Assembly (NCBI GenBank): GCA_009103225.1
Contig: RHPI01001715.1
Span: 454,099-518,098, forward strand
Source: Chlorokybus atmophyticus
Taxonomy: Eukaryota; Plantae; Mesostigma and Chlorokybus algae
Length of the DNA stretch: 64,000 bases
Direction: 5' to 3'
Of the stretch, positions 24,988-36,233 are shown piece after piece (position 1 is the first letter of the stretch; the number at the start of each line of letters is the position of its first letter). The position numbers were made by a program, and so were the translations under genes. The notes under the pieces were generated by a model that did not search any database, was not told the origin of the DNA, and saw only the letters and a list, made by a program, of their open reading frames with translations.

Positions 24988-26320
24988 AAAATGGGCAAGC
25001 TTACCTGTAGAAAAAGAACGAGACACAGTGGAGAATACAGGAGGACAACCGCAAGCTTCTAAAGGAGCTGTGGGTCAAGTTCCCAGACCACTATGTTGGC
25101 AGGAGCTTCAATTGGGCCGGCCCAGATTATGACATGAGGCAGGAGGTGGTGGCAGTTGTAATGCATAATCACAATCCGCTGGAGATCAACGGACAGACAT
25201 TGCGTTGGCCTGCAAGTAAATAGTCTGCGTATGTGCATGTGCGTCTATATGCCAGCTGCCACCTGCCAGATGTCTTGTGCTTCTTGCAGAATGGCTGCTC
25301 ACTGCCTCTTGTTCTCACTGCCTCTTCTTTGCAGAATGGATCCGAGCAAATCCGCCGGTTTGTGGACAATGCAAGACGGGGCCATCCAATAACGCCAGGC
25401 GAAACGGTAGGCTTGAAACGTGAGCGGCGCAAGGAGAAGATGCGCGCTGCACGCGCTGAGAAGCGCGCTGACGCAGAGAAGCCAGCTCCACACCGCTCGC
25501 GCACTGACTACGGGCTTGGCCCAAACTTCACCGTTGCAGACTTTCCCTCTAGCAAAAATGCTGTGCTGCTTGCCTTGTTGACTGCTGAGCCGCCTTCTCA
25601 AGCGCAGCTGCGTGAGGACTGGGTGGCTTTCAGGTACGCCATTTATCCTCTTGCACAAGGCTTGGTTTGCACCCGCACTCGTAAGGAATTCAGAGGCGGT
25701 TGGTGTTGCAGACCCGCAGGAGATGCTGCAAGCACCAGCGGCAGCAGCAGCCGCAGGGTTGTGGCTAATGGGCGCGGTCAAGTACTGGAAGCGCTTAAGC
25801 AAGAGACGCCTTGGCGCAGCTACAAAGTGAAGGTGCTGGAGTGGTACAACGCCAAGGTATCGGTGATCAACGCGTCTACATGCCAATACGTGACACAGAC
25901 GGGTATGCTGGCCAGCTGACCGGGGACGAGCACTTGTGCAGCAATATCCTGTTGAGCGTAGTAGATCGTGTTCTGCGGCACAGCACACTGCAAGCGTAAC
26001 TGCACGGAAGACTATATGCGCAACCTGCACTAATGCGGCTGCTTCAATGATGCAGGGATACAGTTGTGCTTGGCCTGCATCCTTGGTAGCCCCGTCTGCA
26101 GTCTGCCCTTGCTCATAATGCTCTCCAGGCGACTGCATTGCAGAAGTCACCCCAAGATGCTTTCGCGCTCTCGTGGTTGACAAGCACGTGCAGCCAGAAG
26201 ACCAGCATGACATCAATCAGAGGGTAAGAACGTTGTTGTGGGCTGTAATGTGTGCAGCATGCTTGCATGATGCACACTTGTAACCATTCTTGCTTGCAGA
26301 TCAATCGTTGCTCTGACCAC

Positions 26321-26340
26321 CCTAACCCTAACCCTAACCC
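26321..26340. repeat. Interstitial telomeric repeat (CCCTAA)x3
   Basis: CCTAACCCTAACCCTAACCC, absent from the homologous site in element A (~9408). Confidence 0.9.
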
Positions 26341-26646
26341 TCATGCAATTGGCTGGCATCTGCTGCAATACCTTGTGCGCCAATGTTCCCAACCGCGAGA
26401 GCTTGCTGGAGGTGTACACTTCCTGTAGGGGGACATACGGGACGCAGATTGGGAGGCTGCCGAAGGAGGACCATCCGCTTGCAAAGTTCACTGACTCGCA
26501 GATCGGTCTCATGCTGTTGTTACATTTGCAGTCAACAAGCGCTGGCTGGTACAGGATGACTTCGGAGAAGCACGCTATGGCTGGCACTGGAATAGTTAAG
26601 CCAAGCGACAACCCGATGCATAATTGGGTACCCAGCTGGAGACCTT

Positions 26647-27100
26647 TGTTGACATACACACGTGCAAGTGACACGCCAACAACATCAACACAAGAGCATG
26701 ACTGCAACTGCCATAGCATCCGCACACATGCTACATCGTGACCTCTTATCTTCATTGCAACAAGTCTGGGCTTTATACTCCGCCAGTCTCTACACACGTC
26801 TACATTGGCAAGCACCGCGTGCGCTATACTCAGCCGATTACTGCTCTGTAAGCTATGCTGTCTAGCTCACAACCAGAGCTTTCCAACAAGCTAAGCCACG
26901 CTTGCTAAGCTTACGTATCCACGAAGCTACGCGATTTCTCCCAAGGCTCTATCAAGCAGCCTGGTCCGGAGTCCGTCATGACTCGACCGTCTTGCTAAGT
27001 CTGGAGCCCACGCGCTTCTTCCTGGTACCTTCGACCCTCGACTCCTGTACGAAGGGCAAGCTGACCGGATACAAGCATCACCCATGTAATACCTTCAACA
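26647..27100. mobile_element. Solo LTR (454 bp), TGTTGA...TCAACA, TSD ACCTT
   Basis: Perfect 5-bp TSD (26642-26646, 27101-27105). The empty site is present in element A (~9707). Near-identical to 32938-33394. Confidence 0.88.
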
Positions 27101-27899
27101 ACCTTCGCTCATCTTTCTTGCAGCAACTAGTCTAGCTTCCTTGCGACAGCTTCCATGCAGCTTCCTTGCAGCAGCCGGTCTAGCTTCCTGCTTGAAATCA
27201 ACCTTTACGCTAGCAGTTTAGCTTGCTACCAGCATTTTAGATTCCTGGTAGCAGTTAGCTTCTTGCAAACAATTGGAGCCTATTCTAATAGTAGTCAAGA
27301 GTACATGGTACAAGATATGAAGTCAAAATTTCTCTGTCAGAAAATTGCTTGCAATTTGCCTGCATATGCCTGCTATATTGAGCTGCAAATTATGGAATAG
27401 AGATGGCAGGGCCGTTATCGGCATGACTGATGGTCCACCGAGGTCGGCACACCAGGAGCTGTGCCGTCAACGGTACGACTGCTGCTGCGCCGAAGTTGGC
27501 ACAGTTATTCCTGTGCCGTCAACGGCAAAACTGCTGTGCCGAAGTCGGTAGAAATGCTAATGTGCCGAAGACGGCAGAAGCGTTGCTGTGCCGAAGTCGG
27601 CAGTAGTGCTACTGTGCCGAAAACGGCAGAAGCACTGCTGTGCCAAATATGGTAGAAGTACTGCTGTGCCGAGGTCGGCCCGACGCAGTTTCCCCGTCAG
27701 CGGCAGTAACCAGCTTGTACCGGCTGACAGATGGTGACTTACGATCCTCTACCGGCACAAAGCAACTTGTGTTGTCGTGGGAGCAGAACTGCTCGCACGA
27801 CTTGAAAGCAGGCGCCGCTGACGGCACAACTGGCTTATGCCGAGAACGAAATCTTCTGCAGGCGTCGTGTGACAATATAAACAATGTACCGGCAGTGGT

Positions 27900-28400
27900 G
27901 AGAGTATGTTTACTTGCAGCTGAGCAGCCGACTTGCGCATGCAACTACCCTATAACATTGAGTCTAGCTGTCGCACTCATGCGCAGCTTGTCAACCCGTG
28001 GTGCGTGCCTCAAAACTTTTCCTCAAACCCCCTCCTCCTGTTCCTCTTCCGAAAAGTCTTCTGATTCAACATCGGAGTCATCTTCATCTGCTGCCTAGCT
28101 CGCTGACAGTACAGCGACTACTTCGTCCTTCAGCTCGAATGTCAGTGCCTCGCCGTGCACGCGCATGCGCTTGATGGTCGCTTTGAGAGTGACCACCTGC
28201 ATTTGGTAATGCTGTAAGAGTGGCGTGCTGCGAGAGGACTATAGTAGCTAGCCCATCAGCATACACATGCTTACCTCGTCTTCCGCTTTATTGCACTCCG
28301 CCAGGTAAACAGTCAGCCTGCCGCGCTTCTTTCGGTTCACTCTGATCAACATGGCAATCTGCAAGCATACTGCTTAATTGCCGCTGGAAACATTAAACTA
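27900..28400 (-). pseudogene. 3' exons of an unknown spliced gene inside the 21.6 kb element
   Basis: IAMLIRVNRKKRGRLTVYLAECNKAEDE, then GTAAG...CAG intron, then VVTLKATIKRMRVHGEALTFELKDEVV and an acidic tract. No domain recognised. Confidence 0.35.
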
Positions 28401-29789
28401 GGTCATGGATTACCCGTTCGTGGTACTCCGCAGCTTCTCTTTTACGACTTGTGAGCTCCCGCAAGTAGAATTAGGCTGTGCATTTGCTAGATTGGTCATG
28501 ATGTTCATGTGCATGACACTGGAGGCTGTGCATGAGGGTGTGCGTGTGGTATTGACAGTGTATGTCATGTGCAAGATACTTGAGGCTGTGCATGTGCAAA
28601 ATAAAAGCACCCTAGCATGTGGCATTGACAGTGCATTGTAACCCACCTTGGTTATGCCAGTCATGTTTGGTCCCTTCAATCATGTTGCCGTGGTTGCTGC
28701 TGGTGGGTCGGATGCTCTTAGAGGCACTATTGTGGTGTGCCTTTGCCCACTCGGAGGGGGAGCCCTGTAAGATACCGCCCGAGTCACTGTTGTCATTGGC
28801 TGTGCCTTGGTAGGCATGGTGGGGTTTGACACCTTGGACACCCCACCGGAACACTGCCCGCCCTGTGCAAACATGGAATTCATCGCGGACCTCGACCACA
28901 ATGCCCAGTACGCCCCTGGCAGCGCCGCCAACGATCCACCAAATGCCACATACCCTCGGCATCACTGCCATGTAAGGGCATAGCTTGGCGGAGCTATCAA
29001 TGATGTTTTCATGCGCAGGGACTGGCATTGCCAGCACTTGTCAATGGTACAAACTGCCATTGCCACTGTACAAAGGTACCAATTCCATGGGCCCTTTTAG
29101 CAAATGCATCTTCGTACCATTGAAACGATTCAATTAGGATATTTATGCAGAGACTCACCCTGAACGTGTAATGGCTCGATCGTACCATAATAATGGTACG
29201 ACGGAGCCAGTAAATGGCGGCCAAGTTTCCCGCCTCTGGCATGCAAGGGCAGCGGCGGCGGTGGCGGTGGCGGCGGGTGTGCGTGTTGCTGGATACGATG
29301 CTGGTTACATTGGCGACACCTGTGTCAACGTCAGTAGTGAGTTATGGGAGTCCTTTGTCTGTATTGCCACGTGCGCTTCGCCACACGCAGCTCGGTTTAC
29401 ATGCACATTGTTAGCAGCAGGGTGTGCAAGCAAATCAATATGTATGTCGGCCAGCGTCTATTACAGTACGATGCGGGTCATGTTGAACCGAGGAGTTCGA
29501 TCCAAAATGCGCACATGTCTGATGCTGAAGGATTTAGCCAAAAGTCACACGCACAGCAGCAACAAGAGGAGGAGGAAGTGAACGAGGGCTTTCGATGTGT
29601 GCGTATGCCTGAGAAACCTGTGGCACGCCAACATGGAAGTGGAGGCGTCCCTTCGCACGCATCGAAATCTAGGTCGTATGGCTCAGAGCATGCTCTTGCA
29701 GTGGCATTCGTGCATTGCAACAACGGCCAAGGCCTGTCGGCCTCCGACATGCGGTGGAGCATCAAGTGCATCCGAAATGCACACTTCCT

Positions 29790-31817
29790 GACAGAAGAGC
29801 TCCAGTGGGAGACCGGTGTGCATGTGGCCAGCTACCTCTGGACCACAATTGCTTTCTCTAAGTCTGAGGTGTGGTCACAGTGTGCGGTGCATATGCTTCA
29901 ACCATCAGAGCCATGTCACATATGCACATGCGAGTGTGCTGCCGTATCAGAACTATGTGACGGCTGACCTGCGCAAGCCTGGAGACCATGAGGATCAGGA
30001 CATCAGCGTCACATATATGCCGGCCAAGGTCTCTGAAATGCAGTACCTAATGCAGGATCGATGCAAGATCTACTTTGAAGCCAGCATGCCTATTAATGCT
30101 CTTGGTCGAAGCAGGTATGGCTCGCGCGGTTGTATGGCAATCCACATGCCGCGAATAGCTGCAATCTCCAGTACAGTGGTGACGAGCACAGCTTTGGCCA
30201 TCCTTCCACGTGCGATTGGTGGAAGGATGTGGAGGTGGATTTGAGGAGAGAGGTAGGGGAAGCGTTCTACTTGGCGCCTGCCATTCTATACAGTGACAAG
30301 ATCACGCTGGACAGCGCGGGCAAGCGCTCTGACTACCCTCTGATGGCATCGCTTGGCAACTACAATTGGGACATGTATGCTAGCAACATGGGGGTTGTTA
30401 TAATAGCGCTTCTGCCGGTGGTTCACGCAGTGGCCGGGCACCCCACCTGGGCGCAGGGCAAGGAATCGTTCTCAATTCGGAACGTGTTTTCCGCGCTTGC
30501 CAACTACATCAGCGACTTGTAGGTAGTGGGCATGCATGGTTGTAACCGGATGCAGCCTGCTGGCAAAGTGCATCGAGGATGTTGTCGTGGAGCATCTGAG
30601 TTTGTCGTGTTGCAGGAGACTGCCACACTGGCACGCATTGTGTTGGGCAATTAAAGGCAGCATTCTTGCGATGTTTGGCTCGTCACCAAATCAGATCTGT
30701 CGGAGATGGATGAGGACCGGGAATTGAGGACCGAGGCTTTCTACACACCAGCAATACGTTAGCTGCGGGCGCACCTGCATAGCGATATCATGAACGCACG
30801 CCAGACAGAAGAGCTCCAGTGGGAGACCGGTGTGCATGTGGCCAGCTACCTCCGGACCACAATTGCTTTCTCTAAGTCTGAGGTGTGGTCACAGTGTGCG
30901 GTGCATATGCTTCAACCATCAGAGCCATGTCACATATGCACATGCGAGTGTGCTGCCGTATCAGAACTATGTGACGGCTGACCTGCGCAAGCCTGGAGAC
31001 CATGAGGATCAGGACATCAGCGTCACATATATGCCGGCCAAGGTCTCTGAAGTGCAGTACCTAATGCAGGATCGATGCAAGATCTACTTTGAAGCCAGCA
31101 TGCCTATTAATGCTCTTGGTCGAAGCAGGTATGGCTCGCGCGGTTGTATGGCAATCCACATGCCGTTAATGGCTTCAATCTCCAGTACAGTGGTGACGAG
31201 CACAGCTTTGGCCATCCTTCCACGGGCGATTGGTGGAAGGATGTGGAGGTGGATTTGAGGAGAGAGGTAGGGGAAGCGTTCTACTTGGCGCCTGCCATTC
31301 TATACAGTGACAAGATCACGCTGGACAGCGCGGGCAAGCGCTCTGACTACCCTCTGATGGCATCGCTTGGCAACTACAATTGGGACATGTATGCTAGCAA
31401 CATGGGGGTTGTTATAATAGCGCTTCTGCCGGTGGTTCACGCAGTGGCCGGGCACCCCACCTGGGCGCAGGGCAAGGAATCGTTCTCAATTCGGAACGTG
31501 TTTTCCGCGCTTGCCAACTACATCAGCGACTTGTAGGTAGTGGGCATGCATGGTTGTAACCGGATGCAGCCTGCTGGCAAAGTGCATCGAGGATGTTGTC
31601 GTGGAGCATCTGAGTTTGTCGTGTTGCAGGAGACTGCCACACTGGCACGCATTGTGTTGGGCAACTAAAGGCAGCATTCTTGCGATGTTTGGCTCGTCAC
31701 CAAATCAGATCTGTTGGAGATGGATGAGGACCGGGAATTGAGGACCGAGGCTTTCTACACACCAGCAATACGTTAGCTGCGGGCGCACCTGCATAGCGGT
31801 GTCATGAACGCACGCCA
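29790..31817 (+). repeat. 1014-bp tandem duplication inside the Plavaka transposase
   Basis: Units 29790-30803 and 30804-31817. GACAG microhomology at all three junctions; ORF track offsets are exactly 1014. Confidence 0.95.
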
Positions 31818-32937
31818 GACAGCCAAGGCTTTGAAACAGCAGCATTCCATGCATGTCGAGGAGGTTATGGTTAAATTACTGGCATTCGTGAGGATGAATG
31901 GCTTTCCTTGCAACCAGGCAATGTGGTTTGGCAACAGAATGCACTATAGGGTTGGCGACAGTCGCGGGTGCCAGGAGCTGACTTGCTACTCTCGTTTTGC
32001 CCCTGACGCAATGCATGTGCTGGGAGGCATCGTTGACCACCTGCTTGCTGCTGCGTACGACGCTGCGAAGGAACGAATGCGTCCATCCACGAGACAGATT
32101 CTGCAGGCCAGGCACGACTTTGGTGTTGCTTTTGTGTTGAGCACAAAAGCTAACGACACGTGCTCACAAGCAGGTGTGCACAGGCTGAATGCATGCAAGG
32201 CAACTCTACGGGTTTCGCACTTCAAGGCACCCACAAGCACAGTAGATTTTTTCCTGTCCGACTACTCCTTTCAGGTGGTGGAGAAAGTGGCGGTGCTGCA
32301 GCTGCTGCCGGTCCTTGCAGACGGTTTGCTGCTCAACAGTGAGGGCAACGATTTCTTCACCATTGCTGCCGCATCGCTTGCCCAGTGGAACGAGAAGTTG
32401 CTCAATTCGCATGAACACACAAGAGAAACCCTGACCACAGCCGACAACGAGCTGGCTGCCTTTAAAGCTGCAGTGTTGCATCCGCTACGGTCATCATATT
32501 TCGCACAGAAGTCAGGTTGGAAAATCGAGAAGATGCATCAGCTCACTCACTTTGGGCCGGCAATTGTCAACAGTGGACACCTTAACTCAACGCCAATTGC
32601 ATGGAGCAGAGGCACGCCCAAAACATCAAAAGGTGGGCGCGTGGTGGCAACAACCGGGACTACCATGCGCGTATCTTGAAGGCATTGAGCTGTGCGAAAT
32701 ATGTCAGAGAGGATGGCATGGTCGTGGATCCCGAGATGCGCTCGGTCATGGCGCAGACGCAACAGCAGTGCTGTAATGTAATGGAGAAGACGAACAAGTT
32801 GCTACGAATGGATGTGCTGACAAGAAGGGAGTCCAGCCCGTGCTGGAGCGGATCTGCGCGTAGCCGCCAAGTCGCCCTGAAAACTTCATTTGCCGACAAG
32901 CCGCTTGCCTCCCTGGGCAGCAAGTTGAGGAGGGAAG

Positions 32938-33394
32938 TGTTGACATACACACGTGCAAGTGACACGCCAACAACATCAACACAAGAGCATGACTGCTACT
33001 GCCGCCATAGCATCCGCACACATGCTACATCGTGACCTCTTATCTTCATTGCAACAAGTCTGGGCTTTATACCCCGCCAGTCTCTACACACGTCTACATT
33101 GGCAAGCACCGCGTGCGCTATACTCAGCCGATTGCTGTTATGTAAGCTACGCTGTCTAGCTCACAACTAGAGCTTTCCAACAAGCTAAGCCACGCTTGCT
33201 AAGCTTACGTATCCACGAAGCTACGCGATTTCTCCCAAGGCTCTACCAAGCAACCTGGTCCGGAGTCCGTCATGACTCGACCGTCTTGCTAAGTCTGGAG
33301 TCCACGCGCTTCTTCATGGTACCTTCGACCCTTGACTCCTGTATGAAGGGCAAGCTGACCGGATACAAGCATCACCCATGTAATACCTTCAACA
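32938..33394. mobile_element. Solo LTR (457 bp), TGTTGA...TCAACA, TSD GGAAG
   Basis: Perfect 5-bp TSD (32933-32937, 33395-33399). The transposase reading resumes after it (ELELADGW). Confidence 0.9.
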
Positions 33395-34055
33395 GGAAGA
33401 ACTGGAGTTGGCCGACGGGTGGCGTGCTGTCCACATGGTGAACGGAGGCGCAGCGGTGTACATGACATCAGGAGTTAGCATGGCGCGCGCAACTAGGACG
33501 TTCCATGGGCGGCCTTGGTTCTCTACACTTGAGTTGGAAGGTGATGAAGACGGTGTGAACGTGACGTGGTGGGCTCAGGCATCCCTGCTTTTGCGCGTGG
33601 TGGTGTGGGGTGGTAGCGGCGAGCGCGTGTGGAAGGAGGTCGTGTTTGTCCGCTGGTACACGAAGCTGGATGTGACGAGCGACACAAAGTGCATCGCTCT
33701 GGAATGGGAAAAGCGTCGAGGGGGTCCACATCCCGATGTCGTGACTCTGGAGCAAGTAAAAGGCATTGTCCAGCTGCTCCTCATGTTTGACAAGGATAGC
33801 GCCCGTGTACAAGAGGGCAAGTATTGGGTGAACGTTCACTGCACTGCCACGTGACACATGTACTTGTCTCACTACTCTGAGTCTGGAGCATATCAGTAAG
33901 GTAGGCATTGATAATCGTAAACTAAGACTTTTGCATGTGGACGTGTACAATACCGGGCAGCTGTCACTGCACAACTGTCACCAATCGAATGTGCCATGCA
34001 ACATTCAACAATCAGTCCGCCGTGTGGCATTAAGCATCAATACAGTGCACCACAC

Positions 34056-35093
34056 TCAAGCCTCATAGTTCCATGACACGGGAGGGTAGTCACAGCGCAT
34101 ATCCATTGTTTCAAGCATGAGACGCCCTATGCACTTCGCCATTGCGGGAGGAATTGCATTCGCTATGGTAATGGCCGAGATTATCCATGGCCCTCCCAGC
34201 GCTGTTTGCCATGCAGCAATGCCGCCCCTGGTGCTTGAAAGGCCATAGACCGGGTACATTTGCCGTGGCGCGTTTAATGTCAAAATTGTCTTCTTCGCGC
34301 TAACGGCCAGGTGCGGCGATAGCAGTCCAACCGCCTTGCCTGCGTGTGAGCAGCGTGCTGGTGGGGTAGCTACCACTGGCTGTGTCTCAAACAGACGGTG
34401 TCGGAGAGTTAATAGGCCAAACATCGTGCCACAAAGGGACAGATTGGGTCTAAATGAGGAAGCTGCTCCTGGCACATTCTCAATCACAAACTTGACCTGG
34501 CTTGCAAGCAGCAGATGTCGGACGAGCGGTATCATATTCTGATGTCTCCAGGATGTGCGATGTGCCGCCCGTTGAGGTGCCGGGATAGCACCTGAATAGG
34601 CCTGGCATGGTGGATTGGCCCATATGAGCTCGAACTCGCTCAGCTCTCCTGCACTTAGGGTGCATACATCACGGTGTATGAAGGGCAGCAGGTACTTAGA
34701 GGAGGGACTTATGTCCATCGCGTTCACGTCAAAGCCTGCGTGATATAGACCAACACTGGCACCGCCACCGCCGCAGAGTAGGTCGAGTGCCCTTGGTCTG
34801 CGTGTGCGTCCAAGCTTGTTGTTAAATGGCGTGTATGTGGTCAAGGCTGGCCGTGGTGCTGGCCAGGGACTAACAATGATGCCGTCCAGGCTTGGTTTGC
34901 AACTGACGTTCTCCCCTCCGGCGCGCAGAACATGGCGTGCCCCATCAACGGGTGTGTACGCAAATACGTTGTGCCCTTTGAAGTTGATGGTTTGTGGTCG
35001 ATCACCGTCATCGAATACTATACGGTGCTGCCCTGCAAAGACATTTTCCATTGCACCATGCATATATAAGCAGTCCTTAATCTCGCACGCCAC
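34056..35093 (-). CDS. C5-cytosine DNA methyltransferase, compact phage/bacterial Dcm-like type; last exon of a longer gene
   Basis: Motif I ALDLLCGGGG, II AMDI, III FIHRDV, IV WANPPCQAYS, VI FVIENVPGA, VIII LCGTMFGLLTLRHRLFE, X IANAIPPAMAKCIG. No internal stop. Confidence 0.92.
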   Translation of the reverse strand: MACEIKDCLYMHGAMENVFAGQHRIVFDDGDRPQTINFKGHNVFAYTPVDGARHVLRAGGENVSCKPSLDGIIVSPWPAPRPALTTYTPFNNKLGRTRRPRALDLLCGGGGASVGLYHAGFDVNAMDISPSSKYLLPFIHRDVCTLSAGELSEFELIWANPPCQAYSGAIPAPQRAAHRTSWRHQNMIPLVRHLLLASQVKFVIENVPGAASSFRPNLSLCGTMFGLLTLRHRLFETQPVVATPPARCSHAGKAVGLLSPHLAVSAKKTILTLNAPRQMYPVYGLSSTRGGIAAWQTALGGPWIISAITIANAIPPAMAKCIGRLMLETMDMRCDYPPVSWNYEA

Positions 35094-35789
35094 GAAGCGA
35101 TGCTAACCTAACGTTTGCTTGAATGAATCCACGACGCCCGCTTACCATACCATTCCCCATGCAGCGGCCAATGCACCATAACACTCACACCGATCAGCTG
35201 CTCGCATCCCAACTTAACTGCGTTCCGCAGCCGATGCAGTGCGCTGTCCAACAGTCGATGGTCTGCCTCCTCTACAGCGGCCAGGGGATGGAAGTGCCCA
35301 TGCACATACCGTAGAAGACTGCTCTGAATGCGACAACAGCTTCAACATGCATGAAATAAGCATACGCCCAACATAACATGCAGTGATACGTCGCGGTCCA
35401 CTCTGCCGAATTACCTCCACAGCATCCACCACCTGTCCACTAACCACATGTCCCGGTGTTGTTTATGCGAAGAAGCGCATGGGTTCACCTCGCCACTCGA
35501 ATCATGAGCGCGAGCACGATTCGCACACGCATTACACGCAATGGAAAAACTTGGATTCCTTGCACAACACTTTCCCGAGTTGGCAGCCAAACACGTCAAC
35601 ATTGTGTGTTGTGTGATGCCAGCAAGCACCACGAAAACCATGGCACACTGTCTGCACTCGCTGGCATTCGGTCAAGTGTGCTCGCATTTGCTGCTTACGG
35701 CCATTGGCACATACGTACGCATTGCATTGTGGGCACACCAAGCATGGTCTGCTAGGTGAGGGGGATTGAACTGCTGCCGCCAACATCAT
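35094..35789 (-). pseudogene. Upstream exons of the methyltransferase gene: CCHC finger and first half of a Tudor-like domain
   Basis: CPQCNAYVCANGRKQQMRAHLTEC (35532-35789 ORF). LIGVSVMVHWPLHGEWY precedes a GTAAG donor at 35145. Stops occur in the intervening frames. Confidence 0.5.
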
Positions 35790-36233
35790 GCAAAATAGGA
35801 ATCACGGCACGGCACGGCACGGCTGCCCACAAACTGAGCGAGACTTTGGGGTATGGGCATCAATTTAGGGTTGCCAGCTTACGAACCCTAGTTGGGTCAC
35901 ACTTCAAGTGAAGCACGACCGCACCATGGACGCTATTGCAGTACCATGCATGGTACTACATCAACATGAATGGTACCGCATCTGTTAATGGTACTACAGT
36001 ACAAGGATACTTGCATACTACTACGATCGTAGAGTAATACTGTGCTATCATTTCATGGAATCCAGAGCGCTGTCCGAATTTGTTGCTGTCAACCACGCTC
36101 TAAACCAGCGAGGTATGCAAGCCATGCATTGACTCATGCGCCGGGCAGTCATCATACACATGTATAGCCAATGCTTCTGACAACAGCAGATTTCGGGTGC
36201 ACCATGCACCATCTATACATGTACCTACATGGT

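Larger units (their letters stand above)
22235..27871 (+). mobile_element. CMC/EnSpm-like element copy A' (5.6 kb deletion derivative of the element A family)
   Basis: Same TIRs (22235-22250, 27856-27871). 22235-23910 aligns to 510-2179, and 24988 onward aligns to 8084 onward. No TSD match (GCC/ACA). Confidence 0.85.
29344..33854 (+). pseudogene. Plavaka-family DDE transposase
   Basis: N-terminal C2H2-like CLYCHVRFATRSSVYMH. Core DWWKDVE...APAILYSDKITLDSAGKRSDYPLMASLGN...IIALLP. EKMHQLTHFGPAIVNSGHL then EQRHAQNIKRWARGGNNRDY. C-terminal RATRTFHGRPWF...WWAQ..LL...VFVRWY. Frameshifts, a tandem duplication and a solo LTR disrupt it. Confidence 0.88.
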
